This document shows, one piece after another, positions 17,808 to 27,643 of a stretch of 64,000 nt of DNA (the first letter of the stretch is position 1; each line of letters starts with the position of its first letter). Under the pieces are notes generated by a model. That model did not search any database. It was given only the letters and a program-made list of their open reading frames with translations, and had not been told where the DNA came from. This DNA comes from Candidatus Flemingiibacterium sp. Its GTDB lineage: Bacteria; Bacillota; Clostridia; Oscillospirales; CAG-272. The stretch lies in the NCBI GenBank assembly GCA_045586505.1, contig JAZNAL010000035.1, positions 13,866 to 77,865 on the forward strand, written 5' to 3'. Position numbers and translations under genes: made by a program.

Positions 17808-19205
17808 TTAATCGAAACTGTAGTGTGAGCCGTTATTTATACGTTCAGCAATACCGGTAGTGGCATCAGGCGCATCGTCGTGTGCATTTTTGCCCTCGCG
17901 TTGGTATCGGCTCATCGCCTCGTAATATTCCGGCCATCGGTCTTTCCAATTGACCGGATAATATATGTGGTCCATAACCCATGTGGCATTTGAAAGTATG
18001 CGTGCTTCTTTGTTTTTACCTTGGTAAAAAGATTCTATGTGACAGCGATTAGATCCCAGCGCATCAAGATGCCGTGTCACAGAACGTGCAAAGCCTCTGC
18101 CGCCGTTATTACTCTCAATGTCAGCCCAGCCAATGTTGCCTTCTTTAAGCATTTTCGCGGTTTGCGGCTCTGTTACCTCCATCGGTGCCTTTGTGTAAAG
18201 CACGTCAAGTACATACGCCTCTTTGTTGTAAACGCCGTAGCTTATGCTGCAAAGGTAATCATCGCCGGTGTCGGCTGTATCTGTATAGTTTTTGATCGCT
18301 GTAAACAGTAAATGCCCGCTCTCATCGACCGGAAGCTTGTCATAGGTCTTAAAGCTGCTATACAAACGTCCTTTGATGTCGATGGGCTCCTGCTGGTAGT
18401 TTGCGGATGCAATATCATCACCCATAGCCCGTATTTTTGACTTATAGGAGCGCAGGGATAATATCTGCGGGCACAGCATCGCGCCGTCGTCTTGAAGAGC
18501 CTTGTACGATATATGTCGTACCTTGGCGCCTGCCTGCGTATAAAAATCTAATGCGCGCCCGGCAAGGTCTAAACTGTGCCAGCGCGTCATTATTATTATA
18601 ATTTTGCCGCCCTCTTCGAGTCTGGAGAGCATTGTATTGGTGAACCAATCCCAGTGCTTCTCGAGAGTGTCAGCATTATTGGCCTCAAGGGCTGATTTTA
18701 TAAGGTCATCGATGATAAGGATCGATGCACCAAAGCCGGTGGCGGTACCGGTTGGAGACGTAGCGAGATAGTTATTATATCCACCCTCGAGGCTCCACAA
18801 ATTCATCGCACCGTCGCCTTGTTTGATCTTGACGCCCGGGAAGACGTCAGAATATACAACACGATCCTCGTCCGCCTTTTCTTCAGCTATGGTGTTGCGT
18901 ACACCTTTGGCAAAGCTGGTAGAAAGTGTTTCGTTGTACGAGCCGGTCATTATCTTTTCAGTTTGATTCTGACCGAGGATCCATTCAACAAAGCATTGAG
19001 CTGTACGGCTCTTGCCGTGTCGGGGTGGCATATTGACAATAAGCACCTCGTCATCACTTTGGTAAAAGTCTTGCATCTCGTGGCAAAAATCAATTAAGAA
19101 TTGCCGGTCCTTTTTATAAAAGTTTGGAGCTTTAAGATTGCAGTATCTCCAAAAGTCGCGTTTTGCGAGTTCTATTTTAGCGCCTAGCTTAATCGTTGCA
19201 CTCAA
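17808..19205 (-). CDS. terL: Terminase large subunit
   Basis: Walker A NMPPRHGKS, Walker B LIIDD, MTRWH, nuclease motif HDDAPDA. Confidence 0.95.
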   Translation of the reverse strand: MSATIKLGAKIELAKRDFWRYCNLKAPNFYKKDRQFLIDFCHEMQDFYQSDDEVLIVNMPPRHGKSRTAQCFVEWILGQNQTEKIMTGSYNETLSTSFAKGVRNTIAEEKADEDRVVYSDVFPGVKIKQGDGAMNLWSLEGGYNNYLATSPTGTATGFGASILIIDDLIKSALEANNADTLEKHWDWFTNTMLSRLEEGGKIIIIMTRWHSLDLAGRALDFYTQAGAKVRHISYKALQDDGAMLCPQILSLRSYKSKIRAMGDDIASANYQQEPIDIKGRLYSSFKTYDKLPVDESGHLLFTAIKNYTDTADTGDDYLCSISYGVYNKEAYVLDVLYTKAPMEVTEPQTAKMLKEGNIGWADIESNNGGRGFARSVTRHLDALGSNRCHIESFYQGKNKEARILSNATWVMDHIYYPVNWKDRWPEYYEAMSRYQREGKNAHDDAPDATTGIAERINNGSHYSFD

Positions 19206-19708
19206 TCACTATCACCGGCATCCGCCAATTTAATAAGCTGATCAGTGGTTAACTCGGCAAAGGGGTTATTTTTAACCTCTCCGGAAAGCTCCATACTTTG
19301 TTTGTCACGCCACAGATCGGGGCGTCGGTTTTTAAGCCAGAAGATTATCGCTGCCGTTTCAGGGGGAGTATAGATCTCCTCTTCAGCATACTCGATGCGC
19401 TCTGTCTCTTTTATTCGTTTGCCGTCTTCGTATAAAACCTCTTTAACCTTTATCGGTTTCAAGACTGTTTCCTTGCTACCAAGTGCTTTTTTCAGCAGAG
19501 CATTCTCAACCTCTACGTCAACGACTTCCTTACCCCTTTTTAGGGCCTGCGAAATCTGCGGATACTTTTGTTTCCACTCATACAAAGTACGGACACCGAT
19601 CTCCATTTTTTTAGCAATTTGCTCATCCGTCAAGCCGTCTCTTGCCCAGGCCTCAAGCAACAGTAAGCCGTCCGGCTCAAGCCACTTTTCATATTTACCT
19701 CTTGCCAT
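19202..19708 (-). CDS. terS: Terminase small subunit
   Basis: HTH GLTDEQIAKKMEIGVRTLYEWK, VENALLKKALG, IFWLKNRRPDLWRD; directly upstream of terL. Confidence 0.85.
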   Translation of the reverse strand: MARGKYEKWLEPDGLLLLEAWARDGLTDEQIAKKMEIGVRTLYEWKQKYPQISQALKRGKEVVDVEVENALLKKALGSKETVLKPIKVKEVLYEDGKRIKETERIEYAEEEIYTPPETAAIIFWLKNRRPDLWRDKQSMELSGEVKNNPFAELTTDQLIKLADAGDSD

Positions 19709-19816
19709 ACGGCTCACCTCACTTCCTTTACATTAATCGCCGCTGCCCCCACCAACTGCAATGATGCGGCGTTACTTTCCCTTTACCCTCGCATATGGGA
19801 GAAGCAACCCATATGT

Positions 19817-19858
19817 TAAAACAAAATCGAGAGATACATCACTTACACATCTCTCGAT
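19817..19858 (-). terminator. Terminator-like hairpin just downstream of the late promoter
   Basis: Perfect 10-bp stem ATCGAGAGAT/ATCTCTCGAT (19826-35, 19849-58) followed by TTTGTTTT on the minus strand. Confidence 0.5.
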
Positions 19859-19864
19859 GATACT

Positions 19865-19897
19865 ATTATAACATAACAATGGTAACAAAAGTAACAA
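19865..19897 (-). promoter_or_regulatory. Late promoter with extended -10 and three 9-bp-periodic TTGTTA repeats (putative activator site)
   Basis: TGTTATAAT at 19865-73; TAACAA (+ strand) at 19874, 19883 and 19892, where a -35 box would be. Confidence 0.6.
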
Positions 19898-19908
19898 GTT
19901 TTATTTTT

Positions 19909-20304
19909 TCACTTTTCAAGGTATCGATAACATATCATTTTTACACTCGCAGTTGTATTACATCCCCCAACCCGATGTGCAACCTGCGTCCATGATAGAT
20001 TGTCAATAAACCTGTATGTAAAAATCTGTCGTGTTAAGCTGTCGGAAATATCAGCAATATACCTCTCGATTTTTACACGTTCATTCATACACCGATCAAG
20101 CTTTGCTGCTATAATCCTTTCAAGCTCGGCGATCTCAACACTGTATCGGCTGACCTTATCTCTAGAAGCGCTTTCGACCGGCATTCCCGAAAGATTGGGA
20201 GAGGATGCTGCATAAGCCTTATCTCGTAACAGCGCTAATCTTCTGCGATCATTTGCTATTTCACGATTCAAGTGATATAGCTGTGATAATTCTTTGGGTG
20301 TCAT
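19909..20304 (-). CDS. ArpU/RinA-family late transcriptional activator
   Basis: MTPKELSQ..., SPNLSGMP, RQIFTYRFIDNLSWTQVA (sigma-4-like HTH); last gene before terS. Confidence 0.82.
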   Translation of the reverse strand: MTPKELSQLYHLNREIANDRRRLALLRDKAYAASSPNLSGMPVESASRDKVSRYSVEIAELERIIAAKLDRCMNERVKIERYIADISDSLTRQIFTYRFIDNLSWTQVAHRVGGCNTTASVKMICYRYLEK

Positions 20305-20519
20305 ATATTACCCTCCTCCACCTCTGATAGCTTGACTTGATTCACGCTGTTTGTCATCACACTGTGCAGCACCGCCGTGTGCGTCCACTGCCCGTTGCCG
20401 TCGCAACCGAGCATATAGCGGTAAGGGTAATACCTCATACCGCCACAGGTCACAATGTCGCCCTCCTGAAGCCCACAGGCGTCGCATTGAACGTCCTGAC
20501 ATAGCTCCCTAAGCGTCAT
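20301..20519 (-). CDS. Hypothetical phage protein
   Basis: Coupled overlaps with both neighbours; GGAGG RBS. Confidence 0.65.
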   Translation of the reverse strand: MTLRELCQDVQCDACGLQEGDIVTCGGMRYYPYRYMLGCDGNGQWTHTAVLHSVMTNSVNQVKLSEVEEGNI

Positions 20520-21895
20520 TCTACCTCCTCCTTTACTTTCTTAATTCGTGCTTTTAGTACATTCATCACATTTTCGTGGGTGCTCTCACGGTCCTGCACC
20601 GCTGCAAGCACATCCTCATCAACGCAACCCTGTACAACAAGGTAATGCACAAAAACCTTGTCATAGGTGGAACCCTGCCGCCACAAACGGCACTTGCCCT
20701 GGTCATTAAGCTCAAAGCTCCAATTTGGTGTAAACCAGATTATGTGCCGGCCACCTGCTTGCAGGTTGAGGCCATAGGCACAGCTGGCAGGATGCACCAG
20801 TAACACATCAATGTTGCCGGCGTTCCAATCATCCTCATCGTTGGTGTCTTTATATACACGCACCCGCAGCTTGGTTTTGGCCAAGGCCTCAAGGATGCGC
20901 TCCTTATCGTGTTGAAAGCCATAAAAGGTGATACAATGCTCACCGTTAAGCTGTTCCAGCAATTCCATATACGCATCAAGTTTGCAATCGTGGAGGTGCA
21001 CGGTGTTTTTGTCATCGTCATAAATGGCACCGGCACAAAACTGTAACAGTTTGCCGGTAAGTACACCGGCGGTGTTGGCCGTGATAACCTCCTCATTTAC
21101 CTCAAGCAATAGATCACGCTCAAATTGGTTGTAGGCTTTAAGGGCTTTATCATCAAGCACAACAGGGATCTCGTGGTCAATGCACGCAGGCAGCTCCAGG
21201 TAGTCCTCGGCTTTCATACTGATGCAGATATCACTTATCGCATTAAGTACAGCGGCCTCGGCACCGTCCTTCGCCTTATACTCCGTGAAATGTCCGCCGT
21301 GTGTATTGCAATCAAAATACATTTGGCGGTACTGCGTAATGGTCTTACCCAGTCTTGCACCCTCATCCAGCAAATAGATCTGCGCCCAAAGGTCCTCAAT
21401 ACCTTTGGAGGATGGCGTGCCGGTAAGCAGCACAACCTTACGCATAAAGCGGCGTACCAGCTTTAAGGCCTTAAAGCGTTTGCTTTTGCTGCTCTTAAAG
21501 CTCGTGCTTTCATCAAGCACCACCATATCAAACGGCCACGCCTGTTTGTAATAGTCAACCAGCCAGGGGATATTTTCACGGTTTATAACATACACATCCG
21601 CAGGGGTGTTGAGTGCCTTAATGCGCTTGGTAGCACTCCCCAGAACCGTTACCACACGGAGGTGTTGCAGGTGATCCCACTTGCTTGCCTCTTTGCTCCA
21701 GGTACCCTCTGCCACCTTTTTGGGTGCTACAACTAAAGCCTTACGCACGCTCCAGCGGTAGTACCGCAATATGTTTATGGCTGAAAGTGTTATTGAGGTT
21801 TTGCCAAGGCCGGGCCGTAAAAACAACCCAACCGCCGGATCCTCAACAATACGCTGGATGCAATAGGCTTGGTAATTATGCGGTTTATATTCCAT
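20516..21895 (-). CDS. SNF2-family phage helicase
   Basis: LRPGLGKT, VVLDEST, LTGTP, GLNLQ, RLWRQG. Confidence 0.95.
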   Translation of the reverse strand: MEYKPHNYQAYCIQRIVEDPAVGLFLRPGLGKTSITLSAINILRYYRWSVRKALVVAPKKVAEGTWSKEASKWDHLQHLRVVTVLGSATKRIKALNTPADVYVINRENIPWLVDYYKQAWPFDMVVLDESTSFKSSKSKRFKALKLVRRFMRKVVLLTGTPSSKGIEDLWAQIYLLDEGARLGKTITQYRQMYFDCNTHGGHFTEYKAKDGAEAAVLNAISDICISMKAEDYLELPACIDHEIPVVLDDKALKAYNQFERDLLLEVNEEVITANTAGVLTGKLLQFCAGAIYDDDKNTVHLHDCKLDAYMELLEQLNGEHCITFYGFQHDKERILEALAKTKLRVRVYKDTNDEDDWNAGNIDVLLVHPASCAYGLNLQAGGRHIIWFTPNWSFELNDQGKCRLWRQGSTYDKVFVHYLVVQGCVDEDVLAAVQDRESTHENVMNVLKARIKKVKEEVE

Positions 21896-22175
21896 TGCTC
21901 ATTACCTCCCTTACAAAGGCATCCACCTTATCCTTGGTGTCTAACCTTAAAACGGTAAAGCCTAAACCCTTAATAAGCCCGCATACCCATTCTTGAAGCT
22001 TCCGAAGCTTTTTGCCCGGTGCCTTTGTCTCCACAAAGTAGACGCGCCCCATCGGTACCAATATAATACGATCAGGCACCCCATTGAATCCCGGACTCAC
22101 AAACTTTAAGGCAAGACCACACAATTCGTCTTTAACTTTTTTGCAAAGATATTTTTCGATTTCTCTCTCAATCAT
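21885..22175 (-). CDS. VRR-NUC domain nuclease
   Basis: EREIE, KFVSPGFNGVPDRI, FVETKAPG, LQ motif. Confidence 0.92.
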   Translation of the reverse strand: MIEREIEKYLCKKVKDELCGLALKFVSPGFNGVPDRIILVPMGRVYFVETKAPGKKLRKLQEWVCGLIKGLGFTVLRLDTKDKVDAFVREVMSNGI

Positions 22176-22186
22176 ATTTACTCCCT

Positions 22187-22424
22187 CGCGCGTACACGCG
22201 CGTGTGATACACATACATCAGGCGGTTTGAGCGTTTATTTACTCTCTAACCCTCTATTTTTAATAGTTAATAGTAAAAAATGTAAGAATGTTAGAAAACT
22301 ATAAAAAAGCCTTATTTTATGCAGTTTTGCGGTCTAACATTTCCTCTAACAATCGCATTTTTAATTGTTAGAATGTTTCTAACATTTTTACATCAAAAAC
22401 AAATTGTTAGAGGGAATTGTTAGA
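22187..22424. repeat. Putative phage replication origin: AT-rich region with TGTTAGA iterons and a CGCGCGT hairpin
   Basis: TGTTAGA/TCTAACA at 22289, 22333, 22345, 22366, 22378, 22405 and 22418, variant TGTAAGA at 22281; CGCGCGT-AC-ACGCGCG at 22187-22202. Confidence 0.65.
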
Positions 22425-24825
22425 TGCCTTTATGTACAAAGCCTCTTTGCGTGCCGTAGGGGCCAAAGTGCAGGGTGCCGGCTGATTTTTTCCAGCCTTT
22501 TACTGCTGTAATAATCGCATTAAGCTCCCTGGTGTCGGAATTTTTTATGTCCCTTGCAAGTCCGCCGAAAGCTTCGCACCATATCTCAAGGGCGCATACA
22601 CGATCACGGGGTACCAGGGTAACATTGCCCTGCACACCACCTGCCCAGAACATACGCCGCTTATCAAGAGACCATTTGCTCCAATCATCGGGCACCTGTC
22701 GATCCATAAACTCACGCACGATGCCCTCACGGCTGGATGCCTCACGGTGTTCCTCCTGCTTGGCCTTTGCATCCTCTTCGAGATCTCCGCTAAGGTACAG
22801 CGCTTCACCAAGCTGCCAGCGCATCACGGCTTCAGCCCATATCTGATCCACTTCCCCGTCGAGATCTCGCCATACGTTTTTCGTACAGCGACGTTCTCCG
22901 GTGTCTACCGGCCAAAAGCGGCGGTTACCTGTTTGATCCTGCAGATACTCCATTTCGTTGCACGTTCCGAAGAATACGCAGCACCGTGGTAGCTCCTTCA
23001 CGTTGCGACCGTAAGCCGCACGGTAGCGGTCTACTCGAAGGCTGAGGAACTGCTTTATTCGGGCGATGTCCGTGCGTTTGAATGCATCAAGCTCGGCAAC
23101 CTCTACCAACCAGACACCTTGAAGCAGCTCACTTGCCTCTTTTCCCTCAAACGTGCGTATGCTGTCATTAAACCACCCACGGCTCATTTTATCAAGCAGC
23201 GTACTTTTGCCGAGGCCCTGCGGTCCCGTAAGAATCACCATATTATCAAACTTGCACCCGGGAGTCATAGCACGCGCTACAGCAGCCACGAAAGCCTTAC
23301 GGGTAACAGCGCGGTTGTAGGCGGTGTCATCCGCTCCGAGGTAGTCGATAAAAAGCGTATCGAGGCGCGGCGTTCCGTCCCACTTTCCTTTCAGATCTCC
23401 GAGGTAATTCTGGATCTCGTTAAAGGCAAAGCGATTAGAGTGCAGAGAAAGTGCGCCATCGATTTTTCCGTTCCCGGTGATCCTGTATACTTTTTCGAGA
23501 TACCAATACAAGCCCTGGTTATCGTTATCGTCCCACAGGCGGCGCTTGGTGCGCTGGTCCCACGGCAAAGCACCAAGCACTTCGCCGCGATTAGCAAATT
23601 GATTGAGTGCAAACTTGCCTTTGAGCATCGGATCGTGCTCCAGAATAATTAGCACGTTGTTTATTGTTCCCTTTATCGCACCTGTCTGGGAGCTCACTTC
23701 AAGCAGAGCCATCCAGTTGGCAGGATCGTCCGTATTATCAGGGCCAACGCCTTCAAAATCCTTGGCCGCACTCTCGTAACGCTCCTGCGCCATGAGTCCC
23801 GCGACGTCGGCAAGACCGGTCGCGAACTCGCACATAGCAGAATAAGAAGGTAAGCGGTTGACAGGCGTGCCTGTCTGAGCTTCGTCGTCCTTATCGCCAA
23901 ACTTATGAAGGCGTACCATATCGAAGGCATTCACAAGACGCCCACTGCACGGATCCGTCGCGTGATGGCTGTATAGGAATTTGCCACCTTCATACAGTAC
24001 AGCACCGCCTGTGGTAGATCCTCCGACGTACGTATATCTTCCGGGCATCGTGTCTACCTCTTCGTATATGCCGGGTATCAGCTCATCCATAGCACGGTGT
24101 ATGTCGTATGTACGGCAAAACGCGCCCACGACGCCCGTTTTTGCCTCTGGATTGCCCTGTTTAACGGAAAGCTTCGTGAACGTCTGCTGACCGGGCAAAG
24201 CGGGCCACGAGGTCATATCGTGCCAATCAGCGTATGTAGCAAGAAGACCGTCTGCAGACAACATAGGCTTGTCCGCGTAAAGGTAAACGTACTGACTATC
24301 AGAGCAGCAGCTCGGCCAGTACATCAGGCGGCTTACTTCAAACGTAGTAGGATCCGCAAACTCGAGACCTATGTATTCGCCCATTTTACGCGCGACGGGC
24401 TCGTATTCCTCCGCAGATACCGTTCTGTCAAGAGGAAACAGCACACGAAGGCGCGGCGCAGCAGGCTGGTGCTTACGGGTACTGTACACACAGTACCCGC
24501 AGCCGAGTGCTTCAACGCGGCGCAGCACGTCATCCGTGCCGCCTGCGGGAATATTGTCAAGGTCGAGCGTGATTATATCACGCCCGACTACGTTGTTGGC
24601 TTTACGGCGTGAACCGTTAAGGGTACCGCCCATAAAGCCGCCAATATCCTTGAGCTCATCCTGTTGGGCCTTTTTTAGGCTCATATATTCCGCCAGAGTC
24701 TCGGTGCCTCTGGCGGGTGTCTTAAGCTTGTCCCACAGCTCTGAAACAAGCAGCGTCTGCGCAGACCACAGCGTGGAACGTCTGTTGGTTCCTGCTGATA
24801 TATTTATTTTTCTATCATATTGCAT
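22420..24825 (-). CDS. Primase-helicase (AEP-like N-terminus + VapE/VirE ATPase)
   Basis: LDLD, YSTRKH...PRLRV, GPQGLGKST, WLVEVAEL, FFGTCN, GNRRFWPV; real start MQYD after AAGGAG. Confidence 0.92.
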   Translation of the reverse strand: MQYDRKINISAGTNRRSTLWSAQTLLVSELWDKLKTPARGTETLAEYMSLKKAQQDELKDIGGFMGGTLNGSRRKANNVVGRDIITLDLDNIPAGGTDDVLRRVEALGCGYCVYSTRKHQPAAPRLRVLFPLDRTVSAEEYEPVARKMGEYIGLEFADPTTFEVSRLMYWPSCCSDSQYVYLYADKPMLSADGLLATYADWHDMTSWPALPGQQTFTKLSVKQGNPEAKTGVVGAFCRTYDIHRAMDELIPGIYEEVDTMPGRYTYVGGSTTGGAVLYEGGKFLYSHHATDPCSGRLVNAFDMVRLHKFGDKDDEAQTGTPVNRLPSYSAMCEFATGLADVAGLMAQERYESAAKDFEGVGPDNTDDPANWMALLEVSSQTGAIKGTINNVLIILEHDPMLKGKFALNQFANRGEVLGALPWDQRTKRRLWDDNDNQGLYWYLEKVYRITGNGKIDGALSLHSNRFAFNEIQNYLGDLKGKWDGTPRLDTLFIDYLGADDTAYNRAVTRKAFVAAVARAMTPGCKFDNMVILTGPQGLGKSTLLDKMSRGWFNDSIRTFEGKEASELLQGVWLVEVAELDAFKRTDIARIKQFLSLRVDRYRAAYGRNVKELPRCCVFFGTCNEMEYLQDQTGNRRFWPVDTGERRCTKNVWRDLDGEVDQIWAEAVMRWQLGEALYLSGDLEEDAKAKQEEHREASSREGIVREFMDRQVPDDWSKWSLDKRRMFWAGGVQGNVTLVPRDRVCALEIWCEAFGGLARDIKNSDTRELNAIITAVKGWKKSAGTLHFGPYGTQRGFVHKGI

Positions 24826-24868
24826 CGTTATTACTCCTTGCCGTCCACCCAGGGGGGGGGGCTGTGTT

Positions 24869-26851
24869 TTAATCTTTCTTAAAGAATTCGCCAACCCAAC
24901 CCTCCGCACCAAGCGGAAGATCCGGGGCCCAGGGTATAGGCTGTGCAATGATCTTAACCACATCCTCCAGGGTGGCGGCATTGGGGTTGCAATCAATAAC
25001 AACCTCATCGTGTATGTGGAATATAACGGGCAGGCCCACAGCCTCAAGGTGCTCAATGGCCTGTGCCAGACAATCACGGGCAATGGCTTGCACACAGTTC
25101 TCCACGAGTTTACCGCCGTAGGTTTCTATGCGTTTCCATTTCTTTGTGGTCTGGTCCATACCCATATACGATATTGACGGGTTGCCCCATTGGTTTTGGC
25201 CAATTTGGGGCTCAACGTAATAGAGCTTACGCCCGGAGGGTAGCGTTATGGTCATACAATCGGTGCCTTGCTCGTAGTTAAACTCACGGGCAATAACCAC
25301 ATTGTTTACGCCAACGGCTCCACCTTGGGTGATAATCTGCGCGGCGGCGGCATCCATTTTGTACCACAGATCCCTTATGCGCCGGTTGGCCTCACGCCAA
25401 CGGGTAACAATATCCGGCAGATCCTCCTCCGGGATGCCCATATCAAGAGCACCCATATTGATAAGTGCACCGGTACTGCCTTGGTAGCCGAGTGCAAGCT
25501 CTGCAACCTTGCCCTTTTGTCGGAGGGCATATTCGGGGTTGCCCTTTTTGATAAGCTCAAGGGGCACGCCAAACATTTGGGATGCAGATGCCTCATATAT
25601 TTTGCCGTGGGTGCGGAAAACCTCAAGGCGCCACTCCTCACCGGCAAGCCACGATATAACACGGGCCTCAATGGCTGAAAAGTCAGCATCAATGAGTATG
25701 TGCCCAGGCGGTGCTATAAAGGCTGTGCGTATAAGCTGGCTTAATGTGTCTGGGATGCTGCCGTAAATGGCCTTGAGGGCGTTAAGGTTTCGGCTTTTTA
25801 CCAATTCACGGGCAAGCTCCAGGGGCTCCGTATAGGTACGGGGTAGGTTTTGCACCTGCACCAAACGGCCTGCCCATCTGCCGGTGCGGTTGGCTCCATA
25901 GAATTGTAAAAGCCCACGCACCCGCCCATCGGGGCACACAGCCGCCATAATGGCATCATATTTTTTGTTAGAGGTTTTACCAAGCTCCTGCCGGATCTCA
26001 AGCATACGCAGCACCTGGGGGCTGTTATCGTCTTTTTCCATAAGGTCCGCAACGGTTGCCTTATTTACGCTGCCTATTTCCTCACCGGTTTCCTCCTCAA
26101 GCCAAGCAGCAAGCTGCTTTACGCTGTTGGGGTTGTTCAGCCCGGATATTTGCATTGCCTCCCGTACAAGGCTCTGCCGGACCGTGGCACCCAGCTCCAG
26201 GGCACCCTCAACCATCGGTATATCAACCGCCACGCCTCGGCTGTTGATAATGAGATCCGTTTCCCATTCCTTTTGCAGCCACTCCGGTACCGGCACGGCG
26301 GCAAGGCGGTTTTCAATTTCCATTTCGGTAACTACATCACCGATGTTGTACTCTTTGAAAAGCTGCCAACGGTCCGGAGCGTGGTGTGCATAGTTACGGG
26401 TACGCCCGCCATTTGCCTTTGAGGGGGCACAGGGCACGCAGAAATAGCGTATAAGGGCTTTACCCGTATTGAGCTTGCGTTTATCCTCCGGCAAGCCCAA
26501 AGCGGCACCAGCGGCCGCCAGGCTTGCAGGATAGCCCGCATATAAAGCGTGGAACATTGTGCAGCGCCATTGCTCCGGTGGGAGCTGCCTGCCAATATAC
26601 TTTGACAGACAGCCCCACTCAAAAGCGGCGTTATGTGCGTGCTTTATATAATCGGGGGATGTTAGGGCGTTAGCCACCCAAAATGGGAGGGTTTCACCGG
26701 CGGCAAAGTCCACGCACACCGGCTCCGCACCGTCAAGGGAATATGCAAAAAGCAGGATCTCAAAATCGGGGCTGGCTATGTACCGATGGGCACCGGCCTT
26801 TTTAATATCAATACTTGAAAATGTTTCAAGGTCAATGCTCAAGTGGTGCAT
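24869..26851 (-). CDS. Phage DNA polymerase, family A
   Basis: Exo I IDLETFS, AHNAAFE; motif A DFSAIEARV; motif B RQKGKVAELALGYQG; motif C HIHDE. Confidence 0.96.
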   Translation of the reverse strand: MHHLSIDLETFSSIDIKKAGAHRYIASPDFEILLFAYSLDGAEPVCVDFAAGETLPFWVANALTSPDYIKHAHNAAFEWGCLSKYIGRQLPPEQWRCTMFHALYAGYPASLAAAGAALGLPEDKRKLNTGKALIRYFCVPCAPSKANGGRTRNYAHHAPDRWQLFKEYNIGDVVTEMEIENRLAAVPVPEWLQKEWETDLIINSRGVAVDIPMVEGALELGATVRQSLVREAMQISGLNNPNSVKQLAAWLEEETGEEIGSVNKATVADLMEKDDNSPQVLRMLEIRQELGKTSNKKYDAIMAAVCPDGRVRGLLQFYGANRTGRWAGRLVQVQNLPRTYTEPLELARELVKSRNLNALKAIYGSIPDTLSQLIRTAFIAPPGHILIDADFSAIEARVISWLAGEEWRLEVFRTHGKIYEASASQMFGVPLELIKKGNPEYALRQKGKVAELALGYQGSTGALINMGALDMGIPEEDLPDIVTRWREANRRIRDLWYKMDAAAAQIITQGGAVGVNNVVIAREFNYEQGTDCMTITLPSGRKLYYVEPQIGQNQWGNPSISYMGMDQTTKKWKRIETYGGKLVENCVQAIARDCLAQAIEHLEAVGLPVIFHIHDEVVIDCNPNAATLEDVVKIIAQPIPWAPDLPLGAEGWVGEFFKKD

Positions 26852-26866
26852 ATCTTACCCCCCCCG

Positions 26867-27616
26867 TTACCAGGGCTGGCCGGTGATGGGGTTGACTTTT
26901 GAGCCGCCCTGCTGGGGTGCCGCAGGCTGTGCGTATTGTGCGGGCTGCTGATACGCAGGAGCTGCGGGTGCATAGGTAGGTGCCGCAGGGTTAGCGGGTG
27001 CCACCTGGGCTGCATAATTGGGCTGTGCACCGTAAGCGGGTGCGGTGCCGTATGCAGGAGCCGCCGCAGGCATACTGTTAAAGTCTGCAAAATCGCTGGC
27101 AGCGGATGCACCACCGGAAAGGGGCTCACCATCCCTGGTTTTCATAACATTACCGAGGCCACAGCCAACGCCCTTGCTGCCTGCCGTATCGTAGGCAAAA
27201 AAGTTAAGGGTTACACGGGCATACATACCGCTGTAAATATCGTTGGGGGCAAGCTCACAGTTGACATTATCAATGCCAACCACCTGGGGCTTGTTCTTGG
27301 TGGATGCGGTAATTACCCAGCAGCCTTTGCACTCCTCACCGAAAGGCAAGCCGGAGGGGCGTAAACCATCGCCATCGTGCACAATAACCTTGGGCTGGGG
27401 ATGTGCGCCGCCCCACTTTTTGCTTACGCCCTCCTCATACGCCGCACGGATGGAGTTATCAATATCCATCTTGGTGGCGTTATCGCTCTTGGGAATAAGC
27501 AGCGTTACGCTGTATTTAGGCTCACCGCCCTGCTGTGCGGCTCTGGGTGTGATGAGGTTGACATAGGAAAGGCGTACCTCACCGGTTAATACTTTGGTTG
27601 CAATATTCTGATACAT
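26867..27616 (-). CDS. DUF2815 ssDNA-binding protein with Ala/Pro/Gln-rich tail
   Basis: VRLSYV, PKYSVTLLIPK, DGD, YSGMYARV, GVGCGLGNVMKTRDGEPLSG. Confidence 0.92.
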   Translation of the reverse strand: MYQNIATKVLTGEVRLSYVNLITPRAAQQGGEPKYSVTLLIPKSDNATKMDIDNSIRAAYEEGVSKKWGGAHPQPKVIVHDGDGLRPSGLPFGEECKGCWVITASTKNKPQVVGIDNVNCELAPNDIYSGMYARVTLNFFAYDTAGSKGVGCGLGNVMKTRDGEPLSGGASAASDFADFNSMPAAAPAYGTAPAYGAQPNYAAQVAPANPAAPTYAPAAPAYQQPAQYAQPAAPQQGGSKVNPITGQPW

Positions 27617-27643
27617 AACTGATCTCCTTTGATATAAATTTCA

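Noticed and set aside
24826-25095. 90-aa N-terminal extension of the primase ORF, suggesting a PolA-primase fusion
   Set aside because: A strong RBS precedes ATG 24825; the polA stop lies before the C10 tract, and fusion would need a +1 shift with no visible signal.
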